Positions 1 to 17,332 of a DNA stretch of 35,140 bases are shown here, in pieces. Position 1 is the stretch's first letter, and the number at the start of each line of letters is the position of its first letter. Below the pieces are notes generated by a model. It ran no database searches. It had not been told where the DNA came from and worked only from the letters and a program-made list of their open reading frames with translations. This DNA comes from Escherichia coli (GTDB taxonomy: Bacteria; Pseudomonadota; Gammaproteobacteria; Enterobacterales; Enterobacteriaceae). A program made the translations under genes and the position numbers. The DNA lies in NCBI RefSeq assembly GCF_003334405.1, contig NZ_QOWM01000027.1; one strand, 5' to 3'.

Positions 1-200
1 CAGATGCCTGATGCGACGCTAACGCGTCTTATCAGGCCTACAAATTCCCGCGCCATCCGTAGGCCGGATAAGGCGTTCACGCCGCATCCGGCAGTCGTGC
101 GCAGATGCCTGATGCGACGCTAACGCGTCTTATCAGACCTACAAATTCTCACGCCATCCGTAGGCCGGATAAGGCGTTCACGCCGCATCCGGCAGTCGTG
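1..200. repeat. REP/BIME array: two tandem ~101-bp units, each with a pair of REP palindromes
   Basis: cagatgcctgatgcgacgc begins at 1 and again at 102; each unit contains gcctgatgcgacgc...cttatcaggcctac and gtaggccggataaggcgttcacgccgcatccggc, matching the E. coli REP consensus. Lies downstream of mhpE. Confidence 0.85.
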
Positions 201-241
201 CTGGGATGGGCATACAAAATGCACGTTCTCGGCAGTCATCA

Positions 242-1251
242 TTATTTGTTGTTGCGCAGATCCAGCGCCACGTCAACGATCATATCCTCCTGGCCGCCAA
301 CCATCCGGCGTTTGCCCAGCTCAACGAGAATATCCACCGCACTTAAGCCATAACGCGCCGCCGCCGTTTCACAGTGACGCAGGAAGCTCGAGTAAACACC
401 AGCGTATCCCAGCGCCAGCGTTTCGCGATCGACTCGTACCGGTCGATCCTGCAACGGACGCACCAGGTCGTCGGCGGCATCCATTAACGCATAGAGATCG
501 GTCCCATGCTGCCAGCCCAGTTTATCCGCGGCGGCAATAAACACTTCCAGCGGTGCGTTACCTGCGCCCGCGCCCATTCCCGCGAGGCTGGCGTCGATTC
601 GGTCGCAGCCCTCTTCCACCGCCGCGATAGAGTTCGCCACGCCAAGACTCAGGTTATGGTGAGCGTGCATGCCAGTTTGCGTTTCTGGTTTCAGCTCTGC
701 TTTCAGGGCGCGGAAACGGTCACGGATATCGCTCATGTTCATCGCACCGCCAGAATCCACCACATAAATACAGGTCGCACCGTAGCCTTCCATCAGCTTT
801 GCCTGCTTGGCGAGATTCTCCGGCGTGGTCATATGGCTCATCATCAGAAAACCAACGGTGTCCATTCCGAGCTCGCGGGCATACTGAATATGCTGGGCGG
901 AAACATCAGCTTCGGTACAGTGCGTTGCCACACGAACCACCCGCGCGCCAGCCTGCCAGGCATTTTTCAGATCGTGAATAGTGCCGATTCCTGGCAGCAA
1001 CAACGTCGCGATTTTGGCGTGCTTCACCACATCCGCCGCCGCTTCAATCCATTCAAGGTCGCTATGTGCGCCGAAACCATAGTTAAAGCTGGAACCTTGC
1101 AAACCGTCGCCGTGGGCCACTTCAATCGAATCCACGCGGGCATCGTCCAGTGCTTTGGCAATCTGGCGAACGTTTTCCAGCGAATACTGATGACGAATGG
1201 CGTGCATACCGTCACGCAATGTGACGTCCGAGATATAAAGTTTTTTACCGT

Positions 1252-1255
<4 letters not shown>
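242..1255 (-). CDS. mhpE: 4-hydroxy-2-oxovalerate aldolase
   Basis: 337-aa ORF ([25 protein letters not shown]...), HMG-CoA-lyase-like aldolase fold; start overlaps mhpF stop by 4 nt; position in mhp cluster. Confidence 0.93.
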
Positions 1256-3017
<1,762 letters not shown>

Positions 3018-3884
3018 TTAAGGGCGTGCGAGGAAATTCAGCACCAGTTGATTGAAAGCGTCGGCATGTTCCCACTGCGCCCAGTGACCACAGTCGCGGA
3101 AGATATGCAGTTCAGAACCGGCAATGCCGGACAGCAGACGCAGACCCGCATCCATCGGCACAAAGCGGTCGTTGCGCCCCCAGACAATCAGGGTTTGCGC
3201 TTTGATTTCCGCCAGACGTGGGCCAAAATCCGGGAACTGTTTCGGATTAGCTTCCAGGCTCTTAACGAAGTTTTCCAGGTGATCGCGGCGCGACAGCATA
3301 TTATTCAGGCGCGCTTCAAACAGGGCGTCGGTCAAATCGCTGGTATCAAAAACGAAGATATCCATCATCAGCTTCAGGTTTTCGATAGTCGGCTGACGAT
3401 AAAGCTGATTCAGTCGCTTAATACCTTCGGTTGGCATCGGCGTAAACAAACTCATGCCGCCCGTACCGCCGCCCATCAGCACCAGTTTGCCGACGCGCTC
3501 CGGCCATTTAAGGGTGAACGCCACAGAACTATGGCCCCCCATCGAGTTGCCCAGCAGGTGGATTTTGGCGATATCCAGTTGATCCACCACGCTTTTCAGG
3601 ATTCGTGCATTAAGATCCGATCGCGAACCACTATTAACGACCGAATCGCTCTTGCCCCAACCCGGACAATCCAGCAGGATCACCCGATAGCCCGCCTCTA
3701 CCAGCGGATCGATATTGCGGCTGAAGTTCGCCCAGCCAGTAGCACCCGGGCCGGAACCATGCAGCAGGACAACGGTTTCGTCGCCTTGTCCGCAGTCATT
3801 AAAATGGATGCGCAGCGTTTTACCCGCTTCTTCTACATTCAGAAAACGGCTGGTGGCGGCTTCGGTTTGTGGCTGATAACTCAT
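3018..3884 (-). CDS. mhpC: 2-hydroxy-6-ketonona-2,4-dienedioate hydrolase (alpha/beta hydrolase)
   Basis: ORF-track entry extends to 3947; recognised protein starts [14 protein letters not shown] (288 aa) at 3884; GNSMGG nucleophile-elbow motif present. An upstream in-frame ATG (MQEKMM) is an alternative start. Confidence 0.88.
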   Translation of the reverse strand: MSYQPQTEAATSRFLNVEEAGKTLRIHFNDCGQGDETVVLLHGSGPGATGWANFSRNIDPLVEAGYRVILLDCPGWGKSDSVVNSGSRSDLNARILKSVVDQLDIAKIHLLGNSMGGHSSVAFTLKWPERVGKLVLMGGGTGGMSLFTPMPTEGIKRLNQLYRQPTIENLKLMMDIFVFDTSDLTDALFEARLNNMLSRRDHLENFVKSLEANPKQFPDFGPRLAEIKAQTLIVWGRNDRFVPMDAGLRLLSGIAGSELHIFRDCGHWAQWEHADAFNQLVLNFLARP

Positions 3885-3901
3885 CATCTTCTCCTGCATA
3901 T

Positions 3902-4846
3902 TCAGTTCTCTGTTCTGGCGCTTAACGAGCCAAATCCGGCAATCCACTCCGGGATTGGGCGGTAATAACGCCCTTCGCTACGCCAGTTGCCAAACGCAGA
4001 AATAGCGGCAAAAGCGGCGACCCAGGTTTTGATTTCATGTGTCGACTTTCCGGCAATGGCGGAAAGCTCTTCGTTACTGACGGCATCCAGTTCCTGTATG
4101 CGTCCCTGCTCCAGCAAAGTCATGAACTGGTTATCCCAAATCGGGTTGAGCGGATGCAGCGTTCTCTGATCCTCAACAAACTTCTCAGCGGCGCTAATCA
4201 CCCGTTGCTGACGCAATTCGCGCTCACTGGCGGGTAAATCTTTCCCGCTCCCCAACAGACGGTCGCGCATATGGGCATCGGCTTTCGCCAGTTCGGGCAC
4301 CGGCGGCTGATGGGAAAGCCCACCGGAACCCAGGAACAGCACGCGTTTATTGAGAGTGCTGGTGAAACGTCCAATGGCTTCACCCAACATGCGGGTACGC
4401 TGGAAACCGGGCAGCGGCGTGGCGACACCGTTGATGAACACAGGCAGAACTGGCACCTTATCCAGCCCACCGAGCAGGAACTCCAGCGGCTGGGCGAACC
4501 CGTGGTCCACCTGCATACAGTAAGAAACGGCAAGATCGATCCCGCTCTTCATGACGGCATGCGCACAGGCCTCCGCCAGCTCCACAGGCACGGGCAGCTC
4601 TCCTGCCGCACTGCCGAAATCACCAATTGCCGTCGCTCCAACGCCTAAACAGAACGGTGGCATCACGTCATAGAAAAAGCCGTTGTAGTGATCTGGCGCA
4701 AACAGCACCACCAGTTCAGGGGAGAATGCCGCAATACGCTCGCGGGCGCTGGCAATCACGCCATTGACCTCATCGAGCACCTCTTGCGCCGGGTCGACAT
4801 ACCCCACCAGCGGCGAGTGGGAAAGACAGTGAAGATAAGCGTGCAT
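3902..4846 (-). CDS. mhpB: 3-(2,3-dihydroxyphenyl)propionate 1,2-dioxygenase (extradiol)
   Basis: 314-aa ORF ([21 protein letters not shown]...); position between mhpA and mhpC. Confidence 0.93.
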
Positions 4847-4847
4847 A

Positions 4848-6512
4848 TCAGGCTACCTTTTCGACAGAAACGTCGGCATCAGGGCGGGTCAGCGTCATCA
4901 CCGACGCCAGTTTATTCAGGGTCTTGCCCAGGGTTTGCGGAATGGCGGTGGCGGCAACAAAGCGATCCGGGCGCATCACCACCAGCGAAGCATTGTGTTG
5001 CGCGAACCAGCTACGCAGGCGACCTTGCGTATCGCCCACGCGTAGTACGCCGTCGTGGTTATCCTGTGCGGTATGAATTTGCACTTCCGGCACCACCTGA
5101 ATGAAGCGTGTGCCCAACGCGCGCCACTGCTGGATTTGCTCGTCGCTCATCCCCCACAGTGGATTGCATCCCCAGCCAATTACCGCGAAGTTCGCGCCGA
5201 TCGCGTTATCGAGCAGCGTCACGTCGCCGTTTTCCAGCGTGACTTTCGGCTGAATAAACATCTTGCCGACCGGAGAGTGCTTCGCTTCGCCCTCACGCAT
5301 CAGCGCACCGCCGTAATATTGCGGCATCGGCTTGAAGCGCATTTCGAGGAAGTAGCGTTTTACTGGCGGCAGATAATTCAACAGCCAGGAAACGCCGTCA
5401 CGTAACGTACCCTGCCAGCGTTTCGGCGGAGCCAGCACGTTGCCCGCCGTCACGGACAGGTCAATCATCGCTTTGGCGTGATCGCGACGTTCTTGTTGAT
5501 AGGTATCGAGCAGCGCATCGCGGGCTTTCCCCTGGATAACCAACGCCAGTTTCCATGCGAGGTTAAAGGCGTCGCGCATACCACTGTTATAGCCCTGCCC
5601 CTGCCATACCGGCATGATGTGCGCGGCATCGCCCGCCAGCAGTACGCGATCAATACGGAAACGTTGCGCCAGTCGCGCGTTGTGGGTGTAGACACGCTGG
5701 CGAATCAATTCAACATTGTCCGGATTAGGCAGCACTTTGCTTAACAGCTTGCGCATATTTTGCGGCTCACGCAGCTGCTCTTCGGTTTCTCCCGGCATCA
5801 CCATAAATTCAAAGCGACGTACCGCATGAGGCAGCGCGGCAGAAACATACGGGCGCACCGGATCGCAACACAAATAGATATGCGGCGTACTTAACGGATC
5901 GTTGGCGATATCTACCACAATCCACTGATTTGGCGCAGTTTTACCTTCAAACGGCACATTCAGAGTGCGACGGACAAAACTTGCTCCACCGTCACAGGCT
6001 ACCAGCCACTGGGCTTTGACTATTTCCCGCTGCCCTTCTGCCGTTTTCAGGTGCAAGGTCACTTCGTCATCTTGCTGACTGAAGGCCTCCAGCTCGCGGG
6101 AAAACAAGCAGCGCACATTCGGAAAACGCGACACCCCTTCCAGCATCACCGCATCGACCTGCGGCTGAATAAAGGCGTTACGGCGCGGCCAGCCAAATTC
6201 ATCGGTCATTGGCTGAATATCAGCAAAACAGCGGCCTTTCGGGGTGAGAAAACGCATCGCGTGCCACGGCGTAGTGTGCGGCAGAACATCATCGACCAGG
6301 CCGACCGACTGCATGGTGCGCAGCGCCTCGTCATCAATACCAATCGCACGCGGGTAGTCGATCAACTTATCGAGTTTCTCCACCACCAGCACGTCAATGC
6401 CCATCTGGCCGAGATAGTTCGCCATCATCAGCCCAACCGGGCCGGCACCAGCGATCGCCACCTGAACGCTATGGTTAACAGCAGGCTGGATGTCAGGGTG
6501 TTGTATTGCCAT
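4848..6512 (-). CDS. mhpA: 3-(3-hydroxyphenyl)propionate hydroxylase (FAD-dependent monooxygenase)
   Basis: 554-aa ORF ([35 protein letters not shown]...), N-terminal FAD-binding GxGxxG. Confidence 0.93.
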
Positions 6513-6653
6513 TTCAGTACCTCACGACTCGGACAAAATGTCGTTGCGCGCACAGTACAGCGCAACTTATTTTGTTAAAAACATGTAAATGATTTTTTAT
6601 TGTGCGCTCAGTATAGGAAGGGTGTTTTCGGCTACAATCAAAACATGCCCGAA

Positions 6654-6670
6654 TGTGCACCAGGTGCACC
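6654..6670. promoter_or_regulatory. MhpR operator (17-bp palindrome) in the mhpR-mhpA divergent control region
   Basis: TGTGCACCAGGTGCACC, whose reverse complement is GGTGCACCTGGTGCACA; ~145 bp upstream of the mhpA start codon and upstream of the mhpR start at 6703. Confidence 0.6.
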
Positions 6671-6702
6671 ACGTTGTTTTAACTATAGAAATGTCAATTA
6701 AT

Positions 6703-7536
6703 ATGCAGAACAATGAGCAGACGGAATACAAAACCGTGCGCGGCTTAACCCGCGGTCTAATGTTATTAAATATGTTAAATAAACTTGATGGCGGTGCCAG
6801 CGTCGGGCTGCTGGCGGAACTCAGCGGCCTGCATCGCACCACTGTGCGGCGACTGCTGGAGACGCTGCAGGAAGAGGGATATGTCCGCCGTAGCCCCTCC
6901 GATGATAGTTTTCGACTGACCATCAAAGTGCGGCAATTAAGCGAAGGATTTCGTGACGAACAGTGGATTTCTGCACGGGCCGCCCCACTGCTGGGCGATC
7001 TGTTGCGCGAAGTGGTATGGCCGACAGATGTGTCCACGCTGGATGTTGATGCAATGGTGGTACGCGAAACCACTCACCGTTTCAGCCGCTTATCCTTTCA
7101 CCGGGCAATGGTCGGGCGACGTTTGCCGCTTCTGAAAACCGCCTCGGGCCTGACCTGGCTGGCCTTTTGCCCGGAACAAGACCGCAAGGAATTAATCGAA
7201 ATGTTAGCCTCCCGCCCCGGTGATGACTATCAACTGGCACGGGAACCGTTAAAGCTGGAAGCCATTCTGGCGCGCGCGCGCAAAGAGGGTTACGGACAGA
7301 ACTACCGCGGCTGGGATCAGGAGGAGAAGATCGCCTCTATCGCCGTACCGCTGCGCAGTGAACAACGGGTGATTGGCTGTCTGAATCTGGTGTATATGGC
7401 GAGCGCAATGACCATTGAACAGGCAGCGGAAAAGCATCTTCCGGCGCTACAACGGGTAGCAAAACAGATCGAAGAAGGGGTTGAATCGCAGGCTATTCTG
7501 GTGGCCGGAAGGCGAAGCGGCATGCATTTACGTTGA
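6703..7536 (+). CDS. mhpR: IclR-family transcriptional activator of the mhp operon
   Basis: ORF-track entry starts at 6589 (315 aa) but the recognised 277-aa protein begins MQNNEQTEYKTVRGLTRG at ATG 6703; the longer ORF would read through the MhpR operator. Confidence 0.88.
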   Translation: MQNNEQTEYKTVRGLTRGLMLLNMLNKLDGGASVGLLAELSGLHRTTVRRLLETLQEEGYVRRSPSDDSFRLTIKVRQLSEGFRDEQWISARAAPLLGDLLREVVWPTDVSTLDVDAMVVRETTHRFSRLSFHRAMVGRRLPLLKTASGLTWLAFCPEQDRKELIEMLASRPGDDYQLAREPLKLEAILARARKEGYGQNYRGWDQEEKIASIAVPLRSEQRVIGCLNLVYMASAMTIEQAAEKHLPALQRVAKQIEEGVESQAILVAGRRSGMHLR

Positions 7537-7612
7537 CACCATCGAATGGCGCAAAACCTTTCGCGGTATGGCATGATAGCGCCCGGAAGAGAGTCAATTC
7601 AGGGTGGTGAAT

Positions 7613-8695
7613 GTGAAACCAGTAACGTTATACGATGTCGCAGAGTATGCCGGTGTCTCTTATCAGACCGTTTCCCGCGTGGTGAACCAGGCCAGCCACG
7701 TTTCTGCGAAAACGCGGGAAAAAGTGGAAGCGGCGATGGCGGAGCTGAATTACATTCCCAACCGCGTGGCACAACAACTGGCGGGCAAACAGTCGTTGCT
7801 GATTGGCGTTGCCACCTCCAGTCTGGCCCTGCACGCGCCGTCGCAAATTGTCGCGGCGATTAAATCTCGCGCCGATCAACTGGGTGCCAGCGTGGTGGTG
7901 TCGATGGTAGAACGAAGCGGCGTCGAAGCCTGTAAAGCGGCGGTGCACAATCTTCTCGCGCAACGCGTCAGTGGGCTGATCATTAACTATCCGCTGGATG
8001 ACCAGGATGCCATTGCTGTGGAAGCTGCCTGCACTAATGTTCCGGCGTTATTTCTTGATGTCTCTGACCAGACACCCATCAACAGTATTATTTTCTCCCA
8101 TGAAGACGGTACGCGACTGGGCGTGGAGCATCTGGTCGCATTGGGTCACCAGCAAATCGCGCTGTTAGCGGGCCCATTAAGTTCTGTCTCGGCGCGTCTG
8201 CGTCTGGCTGGCTGGCATAAATATCTCACTCGCAATCAAATTCAGCCGATAGCGGAACGGGAAGGCGACTGGAGTGCCATGTCCGGTTTTCAACAAACCA
8301 TGCAAATGCTGAATGAGGGCATCGTTCCCACTGCGATGCTGGTTGCCAACGATCAGATGGCGCTGGGCGCAATGCGCGCCATTACCGAGTCCGGGCTGCG
8401 CGTTGGTGCGGATATCTCGGTAGTGGGATACGACGATACCGAAGACAGCTCATGTTATATCCCGCCGTTAACCACCATCAAACAGGATTTTCGCCTGCTG
8501 GGGCAAACCAGCGTGGACCGCTTGCTGCAACTCTCTCAGGGCCAGGCGGTGAAGGGCAATCAGCTGTTGCCCGTCTCACTGGTGAAAAGAAAAACCACCC
8601 TGGCGCCCAATACGCAAACCGCCTCTCCCCGCGCGTTGGCCGATTCATTAATGCAGCTGGCACGACAGGTTTCCCGACTGGAAAGCGGGCAGTGA
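7613..8695 (+). CDS. lacI: Lactose operon repressor
   Basis: GTG start (gtgaaaccagtaacgttatacgatgtc) giving VKPVTLYDVAEYAGVSYQTVSRVVNQ..., 360 aa, ends ...RLESGQ; lacI promoter -35 is wild-type GCGCAA (not lacIq). Confidence 0.97.
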   Translation: MKPVTLYDVAEYAGVSYQTVSRVVNQASHVSAKTREKVEAAMAELNYIPNRVAQQLAGKQSLLIGVATSSLALHAPSQIVAAIKSRADQLGASVVVSMVERSGVEACKAAVHNLLAQRVSGLIINYPLDDQDAIAVEAACTNVPALFLDVSDQTPINSIIFSHEDGTRLGVEHLVALGHQQIALLAGPLSSVSARLRLAGWHKYLTRNQIQPIAEREGDWSAMSGFQQTMQMLNEGIVPTAMLVANDQMALGAMRAITESGLRVGADISVVGYDDTEDSSCYIPPLTTIKQDFRLLGQTSVDRLLQLSQGQAVKGNQLLPVSLVKRKTTLAPNTQTASPRALADSLMQLARQVSRLESGQ

Positions 8696-8708
8696 GCGCA
8701 ACGCAATT
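8688..8708. promoter_or_regulatory. lac auxiliary operator O3
   Basis: ggcagtgagcgcaacgcaatt overlapping the lacI stop codon. Confidence 0.8.
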
Positions 8709-8728
8709 AATGTGAGTTAGCTCACTCA
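8707..8728. promoter_or_regulatory. CAP (CRP-cAMP) binding site of the lac promoter
   Basis: ttaatgtgagttagctcactca with TGTGA ... TCACT half-sites. Confidence 0.85.
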
Positions 8729-8743
8729 TTAGGCACCCCAGGC

Positions 8744-8773
8744 TTTACACTTTATGCTTCCGGCTCGTATGTT
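8744..8773 (+). promoter_or_regulatory. lac promoter: -35 TTTACA (8744..8749), -10 TATGTT (8768..8773)
   Basis: ggctttacactttatgcttccggctcgtatgtt; -10 is wild-type TATGTT (not lacUV5 TATAAT). Confidence 0.9.
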
Positions 8774-8779
8774 GTGTGA

Positions 8780-11892
<3,113 letters not shown>

Positions 11893-11898
11893 TAATAA

Positions 11899-13197
<1,299 letters not shown>

Positions 13198-13207
13198 GCA
13201 ATCAATG

Positions 13208-13237
13208 TCGGATGCGGCGCGAGCGCCTTATCCGACC
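13208..13237. repeat. Single REP-like palindromic unit in the lacY-lacA spacer
   Basis: tcggatgcggcgcgagcgccttatccgacc resembles the REP consensus gccggatgcggcg..gcgccttatccggcc. Confidence 0.5.
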
Positions 13238-13262
13238 AACATATCATAACGGAGTGATCGCA

Positions 13263-13874
13263 TTGAACATGCCAATGACCGAAAGAATAAGAGCAGGCAA
13301 GCTATTTACCGATATGTGCGAAGGCTTACCGGAAAAAAGACTTCGTGGGAAAACGTTAATGTATGAGTTTAATCACTCGCATCCATCAGAAGTTGAAAAA
13401 AGAGAAAGCCTGATTAAAGAAATGTTTGCCACGGTAGGGGAAAACGCCTGGGTAGAACCGCCTGTCTATTTCTCTTACGGTTCCAACATCCATATAGGCC
13501 GCAATTTTTATGCAAATTTCAATTTAACCATTGTCGATGACTACACGGTAACAATCGGTGATAACGTACTGATTGCACCCAACGTTACTCTTTCCGTTAC
13601 GGGACACCCTGTACACCATGAATTGAGAAAAAACGGCGAGATGTACTCTTTTCCGATAACGATTGGCAATAACGTCTGGATCGGAAGTCATGTGGTTATT
13701 AATCCAGGCGTCACCATCGGGGATAATTCTGTTATTGGCGCGGGTAGTATCGTCACAAAAGACATTCCACCAAACGTCGTGGCGGCTGGCGTTCCTTGTC
13801 GGGTTATTCGCGAAATAAACGACCGGGATAAGCACTATTATTTCAAAGATTATAAAGTTGAATCGTCAGTTTAA
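13263..13874 (+). CDS. lacA: Galactoside O-acetyltransferase (thiogalactoside transacetylase)
   Basis: TTG start (ttgaacatgccaatgacc) giving MNMPMTERIRAGKLFTDMCEGLPEKRLRGK..., 203 aa, hexapeptide-repeat acyltransferase; ORF-track entry is over-extended to 13212. Confidence 0.93.
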   Translation: MNMPMTERIRAGKLFTDMCEGLPEKRLRGKTLMYEFNHSHPSEVEKRESLIKEMFATVGENAWVEPPVYFSYGSNIHIGRNFYANFNLTIVDDYTVTIGDNVLIAPNVTLSVTGHPVHHELRKNGEMYSFPITIGNNVWIGSHVVINPGVTIGDNSVIGAGSIVTKDIPPNVVAAGVPCRVIREINDRDKHYYFKDYKVESSV

Positions 13875-13886
13875 ATTATAAAAATT

Positions 13887-13950
13887 GCCTGATACGCTGC
13901 GCTTATCAGGCCTACAAGTTCAGCGATCTACATTAGCCGCATCCGGCATG
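13887..13950. repeat. REP pair between convergent lacA and cynX
   Basis: gcctgatacgctgcgcttatcaggcctac ... gccgcatccggcatg. Confidence 0.75.
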
Positions 13951-13976
13951 AACAAAGCGCAGGAACAAGCGTCGCA

Positions 13977-15131
13977 TCATGCCTCTTTGACCCACAGCTG
14001 CGGAAAACGTACTGGTGCAAAACGCAGGGTTATGATCATCAGCCCAACGACGCACAGCGCATGAAATGCCCAGTCCATCAGGTAATTGCCGCTGATACTA
14101 CGCAGCACGCCAGAAAACCACGGGGCAAGCCCGGCGATGATAAAACCGATTCCCTGCATAAACGCCACCAGCTTGCCAGCAATAGCCGGTTGCACAGAGT
14201 GATCGAGCGCCAGCAGCAAACAGAGCGGAAACGCGCCGCCCAGACCTAACCCACACACCATCGCCCACAATACCGGCAATTGCATCGGCAGCCAGATAAA
14301 GCCGCAGAACCCCACCAGTTGTAACACCAGCGCCAGCATTAACAGTTTGCGCCGATCCTGATGGCGAGCCATAGCAGGCATCAGCAAAGCTCCTGCGGCT
14401 TGCCCAAGCGTCATCAATGCCAGTAAGGAACCGCTGTACTGCGCGCTGGCACCAATCTCAATATAGAAAGCGGGTAACCAGGCAATCAGGCTGGCGTAAC
14501 CGCCGTTAATCAGACCGAAGTAAACACCCAGCGTCCACGCGCGGGGAGTGAATACCACGCGAACCGGAGTGGTTGTTGTCTTGTGGGAAGAGGCGACCTC
14601 GCGGGCGCTTTGCCACCACCAGGCAAAGAGCGCAACAACGGCAGGCAGCGCCCACCAGGCGAGTGTTTGATACCAGGTTTCGCTATGTTGAACTAACCAG
14701 GGCGTTATGGCGGCACCAAGCCCACCGCCGCCCATCAGAGCCGCGGACCACAGCCCCATCACCAGTGGCGTGCGCTGCTGAAACCGCCGTTTAATCACCG
14801 AAGGCATCACCGCCTGAATGATGCCGATCCCCACCCCACCAAGCAGTGCGCTGCTAAGCAGCAGCGCACTTTGCGGGTAAAGCTCACGCATCAATGCACC
14901 GACGGCAATCAGCAACAGACTGATGGCGACACTGCGACGTTCGCTGACATGCTGATGAAGCCAGCTTCCGGCCAGCGCCAGCCCGCCCATGGTAACCACC
15001 GGCAGAGCGGTCAACAGGGCAGCCACGCTAAAGCTCATTCCGCTCGCCTGGCGCAATTGCGGTAGCAGTGGCCCGACGGAGGTGAGCAGTGGTCGCATAT
15101 TAAGACCAATCAGCACCAGTACCAGCAGCAT
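13977..15131 (-). CDS. cynX: Cyanate transporter (MFS)
   Basis: Recognised protein starts MLLVLVLIGLNMRPLLTSVGPLLPQLRQASG (384 aa) at 15131; ORF-track entry extends 9 codons further to 15158; multi-TM hydrophobic profile. Confidence 0.88.
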   Translation of the reverse strand: MLLVLVLIGLNMRPLLTSVGPLLPQLRQASGMSFSVAALLTALPVVTMGGLALAGSWLHQHVSERRSVAISLLLIAVGALMRELYPQSALLLSSALLGGVGIGIIQAVMPSVIKRRFQQRTPLVMGLWSAALMGGGGLGAAITPWLVQHSETWYQTLAWWALPAVVALFAWWWQSAREVASSHKTTTTPVRVVFTPRAWTLGVYFGLINGGYASLIAWLPAFYIEIGASAQYSGSLLALMTLGQAAGALLMPAMARHQDRRKLLMLALVLQLVGFCGFIWLPMQLPVLWAMVCGLGLGGAFPLCLLLALDHSVQPAIAGKLVAFMQGIGFIIAGLAPWFSGVLRSISGNYLMDWAFHALCVVGLMIITLRFAPVRFPQLWVKEA

Positions 15132-15163
15132 CGTGAACGTCTTTTGATGGTTGCGCATGGCTG

Positions 15164-15652
<489 letters not shown>

Positions 15653-15664
15653 TTAAAAATAAGG

Positions 15665-16324
15665 TTACGCTGCGGTCGGTTGGCGTAGCGGTATGGCACA
15701 AACGCGAGGATTAGCGGCCAGTGGCACAAACTGGCGGGTTGCGCCGTCAAAAGCTGCGATGCTGCCGCTTTCAATGTCGTAGACCCAGCCGTGCAGGGCG
15801 ATCCGCCCCTCTTCGAGCGCCAGGCGCACCGATGGATGAGTTTGCAAATTAGCCAACTGAGCAATGACGTTTTCACGTACCATCGCCGCAGCTTTTGACG
15901 GTAAATCGGAATGCGGGCGCGCCTCATTAACGACGCGGGCTGAATCGGCATAACGCAGCCAGTGGGAGACGGCAGGCATATGGTCCATGCACTGACAGCT
16001 GGCAATGGCGGTCATCGCGCCACAGTTGGAATGACCACAAATCACAATGTCAGATACCCGAAGCGCAGCGACGGCATACTCCACCGAAGCAGAAACGCCA
16101 CCGGGTTCCGGCCCGTAGGAAGGGACGATATTGCCCGCGTTGCGAATAACGAACAGATCGCCAGGCTCACGTTGCGTCACCAGCTCAGGGACCAGACGGC
16201 TGTCGGAGCAGGAGATAAAAAGTGTGCGCGGGCTTTGCTGTGTCGCCAGCTGTTTAAACAAGGCTTCCCGCTTCGGAAATGCCTCGCGCTGGAATTTAAG
16301 GAATCCATCAATAATCTCTTTCAC
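15665..16324 (-). CDS. cynT: Carbonic anhydrase (beta class)
   Basis: 219-aa [50 protein letters not shown]... with CSDSR and HSNCG zinc-ligand motifs. Confidence 0.95.
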
Positions 16325-16432
16325 CGTTAACCTCTGTCTGTCTCTGGAATGAGAGGCAGACTACTCGCCGATTGTCATAAGGTAAAAGTCTCATTTATGA
16401 TGAGTTCCATTGGATTTACTTATAGGTTGCGA

Positions 16433-17332
16433 ATGCTCTCTCGACATATCAATTATTTTCTTGCCGTGGCTGAACATGGCAGCTTCACCCGTGCCGCCAG
16501 TGCGTTGCACGTCTCCCAACCTGCGCTTTCCCAGCAGATTCGCCAGTTAGAGGAGAGTTTAGGCGTGCCGCTGTTTGACCGTAGCGGGCGAACGATTCGT
16601 CTCACTGATGCAGGAGAAGTCTGGCGACAGTACGCCAGCCGGGCGTTACAGGAACTGGGGGCGGGTAAACGGGCGATTCATGATGTTGCCGATCTGACGC
16701 GAGGATCGCTGCGTATCGCCGTCACCCCCACCTTTACGAGCTACTTTATCGGCCCCTTAATGGCGGATTTCTATGCGCGCTATCCCAGCATCACGCTCCA
16801 GCTACAGGAAATGTCGCAGGAGAAAATCGAGGATATGCTTTGCCGCGACGAGTTGGACGTTGGGATTGCCTTCGCGCCTGTGCATTCGCCGGAGCTGGAG
16901 GCAATTCCTTTACTGACAGAAAGTTTAGCGTTAGTCGTGGCGCAACATCATCCGCTGGCCGTCCATGAACAGGTGGCGTTGAGTCGCTTGCATGATGAAA
17001 AACTGGTCCTGCTCAGCGCGGAATTTGCCACCAGAGAGCAAATTGACCACTACTGCGAGAAAGCGGGGCTACATCCACAGGTGGTCATTGAGGCGAACTC
17101 AATTAGCGCGGTTCTGGAGCTGATTCGCCGCACTTCCCTTTCCACATTGTTACCAGCAGCGATTGCCACACAACATGACGGGCTTAAAGCTATTTCTCTT
17201 GCCCCGCCACTACTGGAGAGAACGGCGGTTTTGTTGCGGCGGAAAAATAGCTGGCAGACAGCCGCCGCGAAGGCATTTTTGCACATGGCGTTGGATAAAT
17301 GCGCGGTTGTTGGCGGAAATGAATCACGGTAG
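16433..17332 (+). CDS. cynR: LysR-family transcriptional activator of the cyn operon
   Basis: Recognised 299-aa protein starts [41 protein letters not shown] (HTH) at ATG 16433; ORF-track entry is over-extended to 16349; divergent from cynT. Confidence 0.9.
   Translation: MLSRHINYFLAVAEHGSFTRAASALHVSQPALSQQIRQLEESLGVPLFDRSGRTIRLTDAGEVWRQYASRALQELGAGKRAIHDVADLTRGSLRIAVTPTFTSYFIGPLMADFYARYPSITLQLQEMSQEKIEDMLCRDELDVGIAFAPVHSPELEAIPLLTESLALVVAQHHPLAVHEQVALSRLHDEKLVLLSAEFATREQIDHYCEKAGLHPQVVIEANSISAVLELIRRTSLSTLLPAAIATQHDGLKAISLAPPLLERTAVLLRRKNSWQTAAAKAFLHMALDKCAVVGGNESR

Noticed and set aside
6589-6702. N-terminal extensions in the ORF track for mhpR (6589), cynR (16349), lacA (13212), cynX (to 15158), mhpC (to 3947), mhpD (to 3014), prpR (26680), codA (to 19167), yahM (to 29761)
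   Set aside because: The recognised proteins begin at internal start codons, several of them non-ATG (lacI, codA and codB GTG; lacA TTG), and the extensions would read through operators or promoters. Downstream starts were used in the feature table.
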